This document shows positions 10,154-19,779 of a stretch of DNA of 64,000 bases, in pieces. Below the pieces are notes generated by a model. It worked only from the letters and a program-made list of their open reading frames with translations, had not been told where the DNA came from and did no database searches. The DNA is from Bacillota bacterium. GTDB lineage: Bacteria; Bacillota; Clostridia; Peptostreptococcales; Anaerovoracaceae. The stretch is taken from contig JAFRKJ010000044.1 in assembly GCA_017431785.1 (NCBI GenBank), positions 3,346-67,345 of the forward strand, read 5' to 3'. A program made the translations under genes and the position numbers. The number at the start of each line of letters is the position of its first letter. The stretch's first letter is position 1.

Positions 10154-10188
10154 ATACTATGCAAAAACTACTAACGCCCTACTAACAT
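10154..10188 (-). promoter_or_regulatory. Kinase/regulator operon promoter with two GTTAGT boxes 11 bp apart, then N10-TAGTAT
   Basis: + strand actaacgc at 10170-10177, actaacat at 10181-10188, atacta at 10154-10159. Confidence 0.65.
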
Positions 10189-10353
10189 AAAAACGAGGCG
10201 CCGGTGAGGTCTCTTCAGCATTGCGTGGGTGCGTTGTCAAGGGTGGCAGCACCTATTGAAACCATCATGATTTACTTTTCAAGGTTCGTTTGGAGCCTTT
10301 TTCTTCTGACTCCGAGTTTTCATACGTCACTTGACGCTACCATCACGTTTTTC

Positions 10354-10382
10354 TTGCTATCTTTCAACCGTACTGTTATGAT
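10354..10382 (+). promoter_or_regulatory. sigmaA promoter of queT
   Basis: TTGCTA-N17-TATGAT with an extended TG. Confidence 0.6.
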
Positions 10383-10423
10383 GTTGTGGAACGCGAAAAA
10401 AGAAGGACAAAAAAACAATAACT

Positions 10424-10981
10424 ATGAAGGAAACAAAATTTAACGCAAAATTCATGGCGCTTGGCGCTATCATCGCAGCGATGTATGTCGCTTTGACGAT
10501 CATATTCGCACCAATCTCATACGGCGCTGTGCAAGTACGTATTTCTGAAGCATTCACCATCCTGCCGCTGTTCACACCGGCAGCCATACCGGGACTGTTC
10601 GTCGGATGCCTTCTGGCAAATATCCTCGGCGGTGCAATCCTTTGGGACATCATCTTCGGAAGTATCGCCACACTGATCGGCGCCGCCCTCGGATACCTGC
10701 TCCGCTTCAACCGCTGGCTCGTACCGATTCCAACTATCGTATCCAATTCAGTCATCATCCCATTCATCCTGAAGTATGGATACGGTATCGACATGTCCAT
10801 CTGGCTGCTGATCATCTACATCGCCATTGGTGAAATCATCGGCTGCTATGTGCTCGGTGAACTTCTCGCGACCGCAATTCTCAAGCGCAAAGACATCAGA
10901 AACCTGTTTTCACGTGATGACAAAAAGCAGGCTGCAGTCAGTGAAGACGACCACACGCCTGACGAATACGACAGAGATTAA
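10424..10981 (+). CDS. queT: QueT-family ECF S-component (queuosine precursor transporter)
   Basis: IAAMYVALT...APISYGAVQVRISEAFTILP...PGLFVGCLLAN...DIIFGSIATL; multiple TM helices. Confidence 0.88.
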   Translation: MKETKFNAKFMALGAIIAAMYVALTIIFAPISYGAVQVRISEAFTILPLFTPAAIPGLFVGCLLANILGGAILWDIIFGSIATLIGAALGYLLRFNRWLVPIPTIVSNSVIIPFILKYGYGIDMSIWLLIIYIAIGEIIGCYVLGELLATAILKRKDIRNLFSRDDKKQAAVSEDDHTPDEYDRD

Positions 10982-11008
10982 TACGACAAAAATGAAAGAC
11001 TGAAAACA

Positions 11009-11034
11009 AAACCCCGCAATGCGGGGTGTTTTTT
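11009..11034. terminator. Intrinsic terminator after queT
   Basis: aaccccgc-aat-gcggggtg followed by a T-run. Confidence 0.75.
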
Positions 11035-11094
11035 GTATCCTTCAATTATCTTTTTGTCAGTTTATATTTGACTTGTTCTGGAAATAAGGTAACT

Positions 11095-11279
11095 TTATCC
11101 ATTCTGATAACAAATGTTGTTGCTTTTGCATATTTTACATGCTTTTATCTAAATGCTCGTCTTTCTAGTATCCAAAATAGAGCAGAATCATTTAAGGTTT
11201 GGATATTTTATCTTAAACAAAGAAGCCAAAAGCCTCAAAAGTATCCATTTCTAATTCAATTCACTAATACTTTGGATAC
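11095..11279. repeat. Three-unit array of (G/T)TATCCA-N25-TG(G/C)ATA(C/T) with 73-bp period
   Basis: Units start at 11095, 11168 and 11241; each has a 25-nt interior and 34-nt gaps. Confidence 0.7.
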
Positions 11280-11297
11280 TTCTACCTATCGGAACCC

Positions 11298-12677
11298 TTA
11301 CACTTCCATGCCGCCTTCCGGACAGATGCGGACTACGAAGCAGGATCCTTCGCCAAAGGCATCATCCATGGCTGCTTTGTAATCGTCAGCTTCCTCTTCC
11401 GGTACAAAGGCTTCAATGGTGCCTGCAAACCCGCCGCCGTGCACACGGCAGGCGCTGCTTGCCGCTGCGTCGAGCACGCCGCCCGTGGTGTGGTTGTTGA
11501 TCAGCACAGCTTCGCTGACAGCTAGGGCCACGGCAAGTTCCTGTTTCTCAGGAGTCCGGTCAGTGTAAACATTCTGCAGCAGCTTATAGGACGAATCACC
11601 GGATCGTCTGACCAGGAACAGAAACGCCTGCATGTCCTTCCGCTTCAATGCTGCTGCCTCCCTGCGAACGCGTTCATTCTCTGCCGCCACGTGCATGGCG
11701 CGCAGAAAAGCGCGGTCGCCGCCGACTTCACGAATCTGCGCGGAACACTCGATCACCTCCGCACGGGAGACGTCTTCCAGAACCTGTTTTCCGAATACGC
11801 TTGCTGCCTTTTGCAGATCTGTCTGGACAGCAGCATAATCATCAGTGTGATCCGCATGGGAACCATGGGTGTCAGTAATGCAGATGCTGTATCCCATCTC
11901 TGGGAAATCCACGTCAAGTTTCTGTACATCAGGCGATGCAGGATCTTTGAAATTGATATGGCAAATGCCCCCCATGGCAATGGCCATCTGATCCATGAGA
12001 CCGCATGGTTTTCCGTAATAACGGTTCTCCGCAGTCTGTGCAATCTGTGCCAGTTCTTCCCGAGAAACGGTTCCGTCATTGTAGATTCCGCTCAAAATGA
12101 CACCAACCAGTATTTCAAAGGCAGCTGATGACGACAGTCCGGCACCTTCCGGCACGTTGCTGGTCACATAGGCGCGGAAACCGCCGCTTTCGTAGCCGTA
12201 CTTCTGCAGTTCTGCCGCTACGCCGAACACCAATGCCTCAGGCGTACCCGGAGCAAAAGTTGCACTGCCGGCAGCGTCCTTGGCGCCGACGCCACTTAAA
12301 TCGACTTCAATCCAACCGAACCCTTCGGAATAAATCCGAATCCAGTCATCTCCTGACGCGGCAGCCACCCCTATGGCATCCAGATCAATAGCCGCCGCCA
12401 ACACCTGCCCGTGCTGATGGTCTGTGTGGTTGCCGCCGATTTCAATTCGTCCGGGTGCACGGAATAAACGTGCTCCGACAAGTTGCGCGCTCCCAGTGCC
12501 GTTGGCACCTTCTGCATCTTTCCCAAGCAGTTCTTCAAACTTGTTTACGGCGTTGCGGTACCGTTCCAGCTGCGCATCCACTGCATCCGCTCCGTAGAGA
12601 CGGCATAGCGTCGCCTGCAACTCTGGTCCATCCAGCGCAGCATGCAATTCAGCTTTCAGCAATTTATTTTCTCTCAT
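11298..12677 (-). CDS. galK: Galactokinase
   Basis: APGRIEIGGNHTDH, VPEGAGLSSSAA, CGLMDQ, RVHGGGFAG (GHMP kinase). SD GGAGG before ATG 12677. Confidence 0.9.
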   Translation of the reverse strand: MRENKLLKAELHAALDGPELQATLCRLYGADAVDAQLERYRNAVNKFEELLGKDAEGANGTGSAQLVGARLFRAPGRIEIGGNHTDHQHGQVLAAAIDLDAIGVAAASGDDWIRIYSEGFGWIEVDLSGVGAKDAAGSATFAPGTPEALVFGVAAELQKYGYESGGFRAYVTSNVPEGAGLSSSAAFEILVGVILSGIYNDGTVSREELAQIAQTAENRYYGKPCGLMDQMAIAMGGICHINFKDPASPDVQKLDVDFPEMGYSICITDTHGSHADHTDDYAAVQTDLQKAASVFGKQVLEDVSRAEVIECSAQIREVGGDRAFLRAMHVAAENERVRREAAALKRKDMQAFLFLVRRSGDSSYKLLQNVYTDRTPEKQELAVALAVSEAVLINNHTTGGVLDAAASSACRVHGGGFAGTIEAFVPEEEADDYKAAMDDAFGEGSCFVVRICPEGGMEV

Positions 12678-15132
12678 CGACATCCTCCATGAAGTACATC
12701 CGCGCATAAAAGTCGCGGAAGAGGCGTACGTTTTCATCCATTCCGGTTCCCGCAAAAGCAGGATGCAGCCGGATGCCGGCGGCCATCATGGCATCACCAT
12801 AAGCAACGACTTTCTCTTCTTCTCCATCCACCTTCATGAACCGTGACACCAGTTCGTGAGCGATGGAATCCTGTTTGATATGTACCGGAGCAACGGTGTT
12901 TACCAGCGATCCGAACACTTTGATATTGTGCTTTTCCTGGATATTTGTGAAGTGGTATTTGCGCACCGGATCGAGACCCTTCGGCAGATAGTACTGCTCC
13001 GGGAGATTCGGAAGGGATAGCTTTTGCATCATCAGACCAACGGCACGCTTCTGATCACGGGAGACCACGGTCCATTCCATCGTATCGCCGGGTGTATCTT
13101 CTGCGCCGACAGCGCCGCATGCAAAAGCACCTCCGCTGCCGCGGCCGCCTAATGTTCCCGTGAACCTGCGGCCACGGTAAAAACGCCCGAAGAAAAATAC
13201 GTCTCGCCACTGTTTGTAGAACAGTACCTGCTTCGCGATGGCTTCGCGATCTTCCGATGACAACTCCGTAAGATTGAGTTCATAACCAAGCACACCGAAA
13301 GCCGCCACTGCATATCTGGAAGAAAGCGGCGTTTCACGCAGGGTCTGATGGTTCGGTACGATGGAAACGTGGGCTCCAATCACAGACAGCGGATATCCAT
13401 AACTGTATCCCGTCTGAATCTCCGCACGGCAAAGGGCATCCGTATTATCACTGCCCCAGATCTGCTGGAAATAACAAAGGATTCCCAGGTCCGTGCGGTT
13501 GCCGCCGGACGCACAGCCCTCAAACAAAATCTGCGGGAACTGTTCTGTGAGCGTCCGCATCAGGCGGTATAAGCCAAGCATGTAGCGGTGGGCCACTTCT
13601 CCCTGGTGCTGCGCCGGCAGCGCCGACGAATACACATCCGTGAAATTCCGGTTCATATCCCATTTTACATATTTGATATCGGCACTCCCGAAGAGATCCG
13701 ACATAGCTCCAATCAAATGATCTACGACCTCATCGCGGCTCAGATCCAAAAACCGCTGCGTCCGCCCCTCCGAGTGAGCATGCCCCGGAATCTCAAGAGT
13801 CCAGTCCGGATGGGCGCGGTACAGATCGCTGTCTACGTTAACCATCTCCGGTTCTACCCAGATACCGAAGTCCAGGCCCAACGCCTTTACCTTCTCGCAA
13901 AGGCTTCTGACCCCGCCCGGCAGTTTGCCTTTGTCCGGAGTCCAATCTCCCAGCGATGTGGTGTCATCATTCCGTTTGCCGAACCATCCGTCGTCCATGA
14001 CCATCAATTCGATGCCGGCTTCCTTCGCAGCGCGTGCAAGTTTCAGGATCTTCCGCTCGCTGATGTCCATGTAACACGCTTCCCAACTATTAAGCAGCAC
14101 TGGACGCGGCTTGTGCTGCCATGGTCCGCGTACGACGTGCTCCCGCACGAAATCATGCATATTCTGACTCAATCCGTTCATGCCCTGTTCTGAAAAGCTG
14201 AGTACTGCTTCCGGTGCACAGAATGCATCGCCTGGCTGCAGCAGCCATTCGAATCCCTGCGGATGAATGCTAGTCATAAACCGGATCCGCTCGCCTGCGA
14301 CCTCCACTGTCTCTCTATGGTTGCCGCTGTAGATCAGATTGAATCCGTAAACGCGTCCATGGTCCTCTGAGGAATCTGCCGCGCGGAGCATGCAGAATGG
14401 ATTTGCTCTGCTGGATGATGCTCCGAAGAGACTTTCGCTGACGTACCGTCCGCTGATGACAGACTGATCGTTGCGTTGCATCTCTCTGCCCCAGCCTCCA
14501 GTGAAGGTGGTGAAGATCATGCCGCGGTCTGCTGTCCCGCGCACCGGGAAATCCAGCTGACACGATGCAAGGGTCTCCAGCCGCACAGCATCCGGTGAAT
14601 CATTGAAGATCTTCGCCGTACGCGTGATCACATCGCACTCTGCATATACAAACCAGCAGATTTCCAGACGCATCTGCTGTGCTTCATCCACCAGCGTTAC
14701 AGTCAGGCAGCCCGGCACTTCACTGCCCGGGCCTTCCCAGGAATGCGGAAGTCCGTCGTCCTCGCACGGCGCACCTGTCTCGCACGGCGCTCCTGTCCCG
14801 ATGTTCGCACCTGCAAACAGAAAGTCGCTGGTTCTGCTGCCGTCTCCGTGAATCACATCCACGAACGGCATGCTGTAGTCCCCTTTACCCAGACTCGAAA
14901 CTTCCTGGCACAGCTTTTCAAGCGACAACGCCGGGTACTCCGCAGAATAGGCTGCGCTGTTGCCTGGCGGGAATGCTCGTGTCGGACACAGCAGTTCTGC
15001 ATCTTTCGCGTTCTCGATGGTTAATCTTTTTCCGTAGTATAAGTGCTCTAAATGCCCTGATTCCAGGACACGAAACACGTAACTGCTCGCCGCCGTTTCC
15101 AGAACAAACAGATTCTCAAATTGCTTAATCAT
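12664..15132 (-). CDS. Alpha-galactosidase, GH36
   Basis: LLNSWEA, VMDDGWFG, FGIWVEPEMV, YVKWDMNR, FEGCASGG, WGSDNTD. Confidence 0.93.
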   Translation of the reverse strand: MIKQFENLFVLETAASSYVFRVLESGHLEHLYYGKRLTIENAKDAELLCPTRAFPPGNSAAYSAEYPALSLEKLCQEVSSLGKGDYSMPFVDVIHGDGSRTSDFLFAGANIGTGAPCETGAPCEDDGLPHSWEGPGSEVPGCLTVTLVDEAQQMRLEICWFVYAECDVITRTAKIFNDSPDAVRLETLASCQLDFPVRGTADRGMIFTTFTGGWGREMQRNDQSVISGRYVSESLFGASSSRANPFCMLRAADSSEDHGRVYGFNLIYSGNHRETVEVAGERIRFMTSIHPQGFEWLLQPGDAFCAPEAVLSFSEQGMNGLSQNMHDFVREHVVRGPWQHKPRPVLLNSWEACYMDISERKILKLARAAKEAGIELMVMDDGWFGKRNDDTTSLGDWTPDKGKLPGGVRSLCEKVKALGLDFGIWVEPEMVNVDSDLYRAHPDWTLEIPGHAHSEGRTQRFLDLSRDEVVDHLIGAMSDLFGSADIKYVKWDMNRNFTDVYSSALPAQHQGEVAHRYMLGLYRLMRTLTEQFPQILFEGCASGGNRTDLGILCYFQQIWGSDNTDALCRAEIQTGYSYGYPLSVIGAHVSIVPNHQTLRETPLSSRYAVAAFGVLGYELNLTELSSEDREAIAKQVLFYKQWRDVFFFGRFYRGRRFTGTLGGRGSGGAFACGAVGAEDTPGDTMEWTVVSRDQKRAVGLMMQKLSLPNLPEQYYLPKGLDPVRKYHFTNIQEKHNIKVFGSLVNTVAPVHIKQDSIAHELVSRFMKVDGEEEKVVAYGDAMMAAGIRLHPAFAGTGMDENVRLFRDFYARMYFMEDVDERK

Positions 15133-15172
15133 TCTCTTCCCTCTCTGCTGGTTGTGGTCCCATCACTCTGTC

Positions 15173-16552
15173 TCACTCCCGGCCTTCTCTATTCTTCAGC
15201 GTCTCGGTGATTTCATCCACCTTTGCCTCATTCAGAATGAACTTCTTCCGGAATACGATGACTGCCGCAAACATGCCGATGATCGGCAGAATCGTCATGG
15301 TCATACGCAATCCCATCAGCGATGACTGACTTGCAGCAGCTGTCACAACCGCATCAGTATTGTCACTGATGTGGAAGACCGCCAGACAAATCGAAGCAAT
15401 CAGCGCAGCGATGCCGCTGGAAAGCTTGACCACAAAAGTCTGCATGGAGAAAATGACGCTCTCATCCCTGCGGTTGTTTTTGAGCTCACCGTAGTCAACG
15501 GTGTTCGCCAGGAAGACCGTCGTCAGAACCGTCAGCATACCGAAAGCTGCGAAGATCAAAAATCCCGGAACGAACAATGCGAACAGTGTCTTGATGCCGG
15601 CCACCATGAAGATCAGCAGAATGCCGTATCCCGCCATGGCAAGCACCAGACTCGTATAAAAAACTTTTGTCGTGCTGATAAAGTGCCTGAGGAGCGGGAA
15701 GAAGATCATCATAGAAATGATCTGGATTCCTCCGCCGAAGGCGTTGAACAGTGAATACGCATCCGCCCATGCCGTACCGGCAACGTCGTATTTGAAGAAG
15801 TAAATCAGCAGGTTTGATGTGATGTACAGTGAGCAGTTGATGAGCACGATGGCTACAACCACTGTCATCGCCTGGTCATTCTGTACAAGGGCTTTGAACA
15901 TCTGCCCCACCGACGGCGAATCCACATTGACTGTGGACTTTTCTTTGATAGTGATACATGCAAAGACAATAAACACGATGAACAGAATCGCTATGATCAA
16001 AGAGAACAGTTTGAATCCAACTCGTTCGTCTCCTGCGCCGAGCACCATGACGCATTTCATGGTGATAATCGTAATCAGCGCAGAACCTACACCAGCACAG
16101 GAACGGGCCAGCGTGGTCAGATTTTCACGTTCCCTGCCGCCGTCTGTAAAGGCAGGAATCATGGACCAGTATGGAATATCCATCATCGTATAAGTCACGC
16201 CCCACAGGATGTAACTCACCGCCGCATAGGCGACGAGTCCCTTGCCGTCCAGCGATGGCGGCGCCGAATACATGGCGAACAAAATCACCGCATTGGTGAG
16301 GGTTCCGATCATCAGCCAAGGGCGGAACTTACCGAACCTGGTTCTTGTCTTTGCAACGATGATGCCCATCAGCGGGTCATTGAATGCGTCGAACACACGG
16401 GCTGCCATCAGGATGATGCCCATGGCGATGGCGCTCACACCCATGACGTCCTGGAAGTAGTACAGCACATAGGTGGCAGAGAGCATGTAAACCATGTCTT
16501 TGCCCACTGCAGCCAGTCCGTATGATGTTTTTTCTCTCTTTGATAATCTCAT
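15173..16552 (-). CDS. melB: GPH-family galactoside:cation symporter (MelB/LacS-like)
   Basis: SYGLAAVGKD, ARVFDAFNDP, TRFGKFRPW, DIPYWSM, TVDYGE; about 12 TM helices. Confidence 0.88.
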   Translation of the reverse strand: MRLSKREKTSYGLAAVGKDMVYMLSATYVLYYFQDVMGVSAIAMGIILMAARVFDAFNDPLMGIIVAKTRTRFGKFRPWLMIGTLTNAVILFAMYSAPPSLDGKGLVAYAAVSYILWGVTYTMMDIPYWSMIPAFTDGGRERENLTTLARSCAGVGSALITIITMKCVMVLGAGDERVGFKLFSLIIAILFIVFIVFACITIKEKSTVNVDSPSVGQMFKALVQNDQAMTVVVAIVLINCSLYITSNLLIYFFKYDVAGTAWADAYSLFNAFGGGIQIISMMIFFPLLRHFISTTKVFYTSLVLAMAGYGILLIFMVAGIKTLFALFVPGFLIFAAFGMLTVLTTVFLANTVDYGELKNNRRDESVIFSMQTFVVKLSSGIAALIASICLAVFHISDNTDAVVTAAASQSSLMGLRMTMTILPIIGMFAAVIVFRKKFILNEAKVDEITETLKNREGRE

Positions 16553-16607
16553 TTTTTGTAACCTTTCAATTATCTATCTTCTTTCTATCTTCTTACGCTT
16601 TGCCGGT

Positions 16608-19070
16608 TCAAGCCTTATCAACCGTGAATTGGATTGTCTCCTCCAGTCCTTCCGCTGTCCGGATGGTAAGCCTGCCCTCACCTTCTTCTCCTGTCGTGCG
16701 CACATAGGTGCCGCCCATGCCGCCCTGCAGAGAAGCGATGCCCGGCCCGATAAGTTCCACGTTGCCTTCTGCTTCCAGCGTCACCGGATCATTGGCGAAC
16801 GGCAAAGTATTTCCGTACTCGTCCACCAGACGGATGCGGACCGCCACAACATCATAGCTTTTTCCTTCATGCAAAAGCAACCGATCAGCTTCTGCATACA
16901 ATGCTTTCTTTTCCACCGGCGCCTTCGAGACACGTTTCACTTCCTGTCCGTCTTTGATGGCAACGAATTCAAAAACAGTCGACTCGCCGCCCCATCCGCC
17001 GATGTACTTCGTATAAAGATCCGTCATGTCCGACAGATTCATGTGGTACTTCAAAAGCACGCGCCCTGCTTTTGCATATGCAGTCTTTGGTAAATCATAG
17101 AGACCGTAACGTGCAGTTTCATTGAGCAGTTTACTGATGTCCTCCGCCTGCGCATGGGGCATCTGCTCGCCCGTCTCCAGCAAATCGCCGAGATAATCAT
17201 CCACGAGAATCGGCGGGTGCGCCAGATGTCCGTACTTGGATCTGCTGCCATAGTCCGGCTCGTACTCTTTGATCAGATGACCGTTCTTGTACATCTTCAC
17301 GCTGTCTGCATTGGTGAAGATGTAGACGTCACCGCGGTTGCCGCCTGCATGCTCGCCGATATCCATCGTCGAACTGATTTCCAGAACCGGCGTCTCATCC
17401 TGCTGGCTGGCATATACTGCTGCGGCAAGCTTTGGATTGCGGAACATATCCATAACCCCATGGTAGCATATGCGGTCACCGCTGCCAAAATCTTTGTGCG
17501 TATTGTAATCGAACATACACCATCCGAAGGTGCCGGCGATGTCTTCCTCAGCCGCTGCGTCTTCCAGCACATTGGCGTGGCGCAAAGCATGGTTCAGTTT
17601 CTGGTCTTCATCATCGAAGGCTTTCGTCGGGTACATGTGACCGTTGTATTCTGTAATCAGGTATGCCTTGTCCTTGTCGCTGGTGACGCGGGACTTTTTC
17701 TCCACACCGGCGTTGCTTCCCCTGTGACTGAAGTCGTTGTATGTGAATACGTCCTCTTGGAAGGTGCCCTTCTTGTAGCAGCGCACTCCGCCCGTCTGCC
17801 GGGTTGGATCGAGAATGTGTGCTGCGGCATTTGTCCGTTCATAGAACTCCTCATCGTCAACAGACTCGTTGATGCGCACACCCCAGAGGATGATCGACGG
17901 ATGATTGCGGTACTGCAAAACCATTTCCTTCACATTTGTAATTGCCTGCTCTTTCCATTCTTTGCCGCCGATATGCTGCCATCCGGGTAGTTCTGTGAAC
18001 ACAAGCAATCCCACCTCGTCACAGCGATTGATGAACGCCTGAGACTGCGGATAATGAGACGTCCGCACCGCATTGAGTCCCAGCTCATACTTGAGGATGT
18101 CCGCATCCCGCTTCTGCATGCTGTCCGGCATGGCGTAGCCCACGTATGGGTAACTCTGGTGCCGGTTCAGTCCGCGGAGTTTCAGTTTCTCGCCGTTGAG
18201 ATAGAATCCATCCTTGCGGAACTCCGCCTCGCGGAAGCCCATCGTCGTCACGTTCACGTCAATTATTTCAATTACATCTGCGGTTGGTGCATCAGTGCCG
18301 ACCAACGCTTCATCTGCCGCTGCCTCTTCGTCAATCGGCGCCTTTTCACCCACTGCGATCAACTCCGTTTTCACATCATATAGCTGCGGCGCATCCGGGC
18401 TCCATTCCACCACATCGTCCAGCTCGAACTTCGTAACGACAGCTAAAGCAGACGATTCGCCCAGCTCGGAGAACTCTTTTTCTCCATGTTTACGAATGGA
18501 CTGGCGGATCTTCATGTGCTGCGGTTCCTCAGGCATTTCTCCGCCCAAATCGATCTCGGTGAATAGTGCATAGGAATCTGATGCTTTCCTGCCTGTCCTG
18601 ACAAAAACTTCCTTGATGTATGTCGACGGTTTTACATCCAGATAAACATCACGGTAGATTCCACCGTAGGTCAGATAGTCGACCACAAATCCAAACGGTG
18701 GGATGTCCAGGCTCTCTCTGGTATCCAGTTTCACGGCAATCTGATTGGACTCACCATACTTTACCAGTTCGCTGATGTCCAGTGTAAACGCCGTATATCC
18801 ACAGCTGTGCACCCCAGCTTCCTCACCGTTCACATAGACCGTCGCCTGATGCGCCGCTCCTTCAAAAGTCAGCAGCAGGACACTTCCCTGCCACTCTGCG
18901 GGCACAAACACTTCCCGTGCATATCCGCACAGCATCTGGTACTCCTGCTCGTCAAAATAATGCAGTGGCAGTTCCTTGCAAGTGTGCGGAAGCCGCACCT
19001 GACGGAACTCCGGCTTGTCCCAGTTCTCTGCGAAGTACCAGTCATTGTTCAAATAGAATCGTTTACTCAT
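16608..19070 (-). CDS. Beta-galactosidase, GH2
   Basis: GGIYRDV, GLNRHQSYPYVG, VRTSHYP, NHPSIILWGVRINE, ITEYNGH. Confidence 0.9.
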   Translation of the reverse strand: MSKRFYLNNDWYFAENWDKPEFRQVRLPHTCKELPLHYFDEQEYQMLCGYAREVFVPAEWQGSVLLLTFEGAAHQATVYVNGEEAGVHSCGYTAFTLDISELVKYGESNQIAVKLDTRESLDIPPFGFVVDYLTYGGIYRDVYLDVKPSTYIKEVFVRTGRKASDSYALFTEIDLGGEMPEEPQHMKIRQSIRKHGEKEFSELGESSALAVVTKFELDDVVEWSPDAPQLYDVKTELIAVGEKAPIDEEAAADEALVGTDAPTADVIEIIDVNVTTMGFREAEFRKDGFYLNGEKLKLRGLNRHQSYPYVGYAMPDSMQKRDADILKYELGLNAVRTSHYPQSQAFINRCDEVGLLVFTELPGWQHIGGKEWKEQAITNVKEMVLQYRNHPSIILWGVRINESVDDEEFYERTNAAAHILDPTRQTGGVRCYKKGTFQEDVFTYNDFSHRGSNAGVEKKSRVTSDKDKAYLITEYNGHMYPTKAFDDEDQKLNHALRHANVLEDAAAEEDIAGTFGWCMFDYNTHKDFGSGDRICYHGVMDMFRNPKLAAAVYASQQDETPVLEISSTMDIGEHAGGNRGDVYIFTNADSVKMYKNGHLIKEYEPDYGSRSKYGHLAHPPILVDDYLGDLLETGEQMPHAQAEDISKLLNETARYGLYDLPKTAYAKAGRVLLKYHMNLSDMTDLYTKYIGGWGGESTVFEFVAIKDGQEVKRVSKAPVEKKALYAEADRLLLHEGKSYDVVAVRIRLVDEYGNTLPFANDPVTLEAEGNVELIGPGIASLQGGMGGTYVRTTGEEGEGRLTIRTAEGLEETIQFTVDKA

Positions 19071-19779
19071 TGTCTTCTAGTTCTCCTTCCAGCCATGCTT
19101 GCACTTCCACGAGTGAACGAAACACACGATTGGTCAGTTTGAGAATTTCTTCTGTAGGTGCCAGTAAATCCGGTACCATAAATACAGTAGCCCCTGCAGC
19201 GTGTGCCGCACGCACGCCATTGAAAGAATCCTCTATCACGATGAACTCCTTCATATCTTTTTCATCCGCTGTGTCTGCGACTTGATTCTTTTCCCCAACC
19301 GCACGCAGCTTCTCCGCTGCCAACAGGAATATATCCGGCGCAGGCTTACTGGCTCCCGCCATCTCGCCACCGACGATGACGTCGAAATATCCAAGAAGCC
19401 CCGCATCACGCAGCTCCATCTCCACGATATCCGACCGCGTCGAAGATGCAATCGCAGTCCTGACACCCTCGTCCTTCAAATATGTCAGCAGCTCAACAGC
19501 GCCCTCTTTCAAAGACAGTCCATCTGCTTCATACTGTTCCTTGAAAATTCGATACATCTCCTGATCGAACTGTTCTACCAGTGCATCATCTCCAAAAAAA
19601 GTTTGCAGCTTCTTATGTGTCTCATCCTCGGTTAATCCGATGCATTCATACGCGACTTTCTCTATGCCTTTGAACCCCATCTTCTCCGCAGCCGGCACAC
19701 AGCATGCGAGATACAGCTTTTCCGTATCGAAGATTACGCCGTCCATATCAAAAATGATGTTCGTTACATGATCTTTCAT
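19063..19779 (-). CDS. HAD-family phosphatase (beta-PGM-like)
   Basis: FDMDGVIFDTE, IASST, KPAPDIF, IEDSFNG; ATGA overlap with the upstream gene. Confidence 0.88.
   Translation of the reverse strand: MKDHVTNIIFDMDGVIFDTEKLYLACCVPAAEKMGFKGIEKVAYECIGLTEDETHKKLQTFFGDDALVEQFDQEMYRIFKEQYEADGLSLKEGAVELLTYLKDEGVRTAIASSTRSDIVEMELRDAGLLGYFDVIVGGEMAGASKPAPDIFLLAAEKLRAVGEKNQVADTADEKDMKEFIVIEDSFNGVRAAHAAGATVFMVPDLLAPTEEILKLTNRVFRSLVEVQAWLEGELEDNE

Noticed and set aside
11026-11382. 118-aa + strand ORF, or a CRISPR array, in the AT-rich gap
   Set aside because: The ORF starts inside a terminator with no SD. The repeats conserve only 7-bp arms and no cas genes are present.
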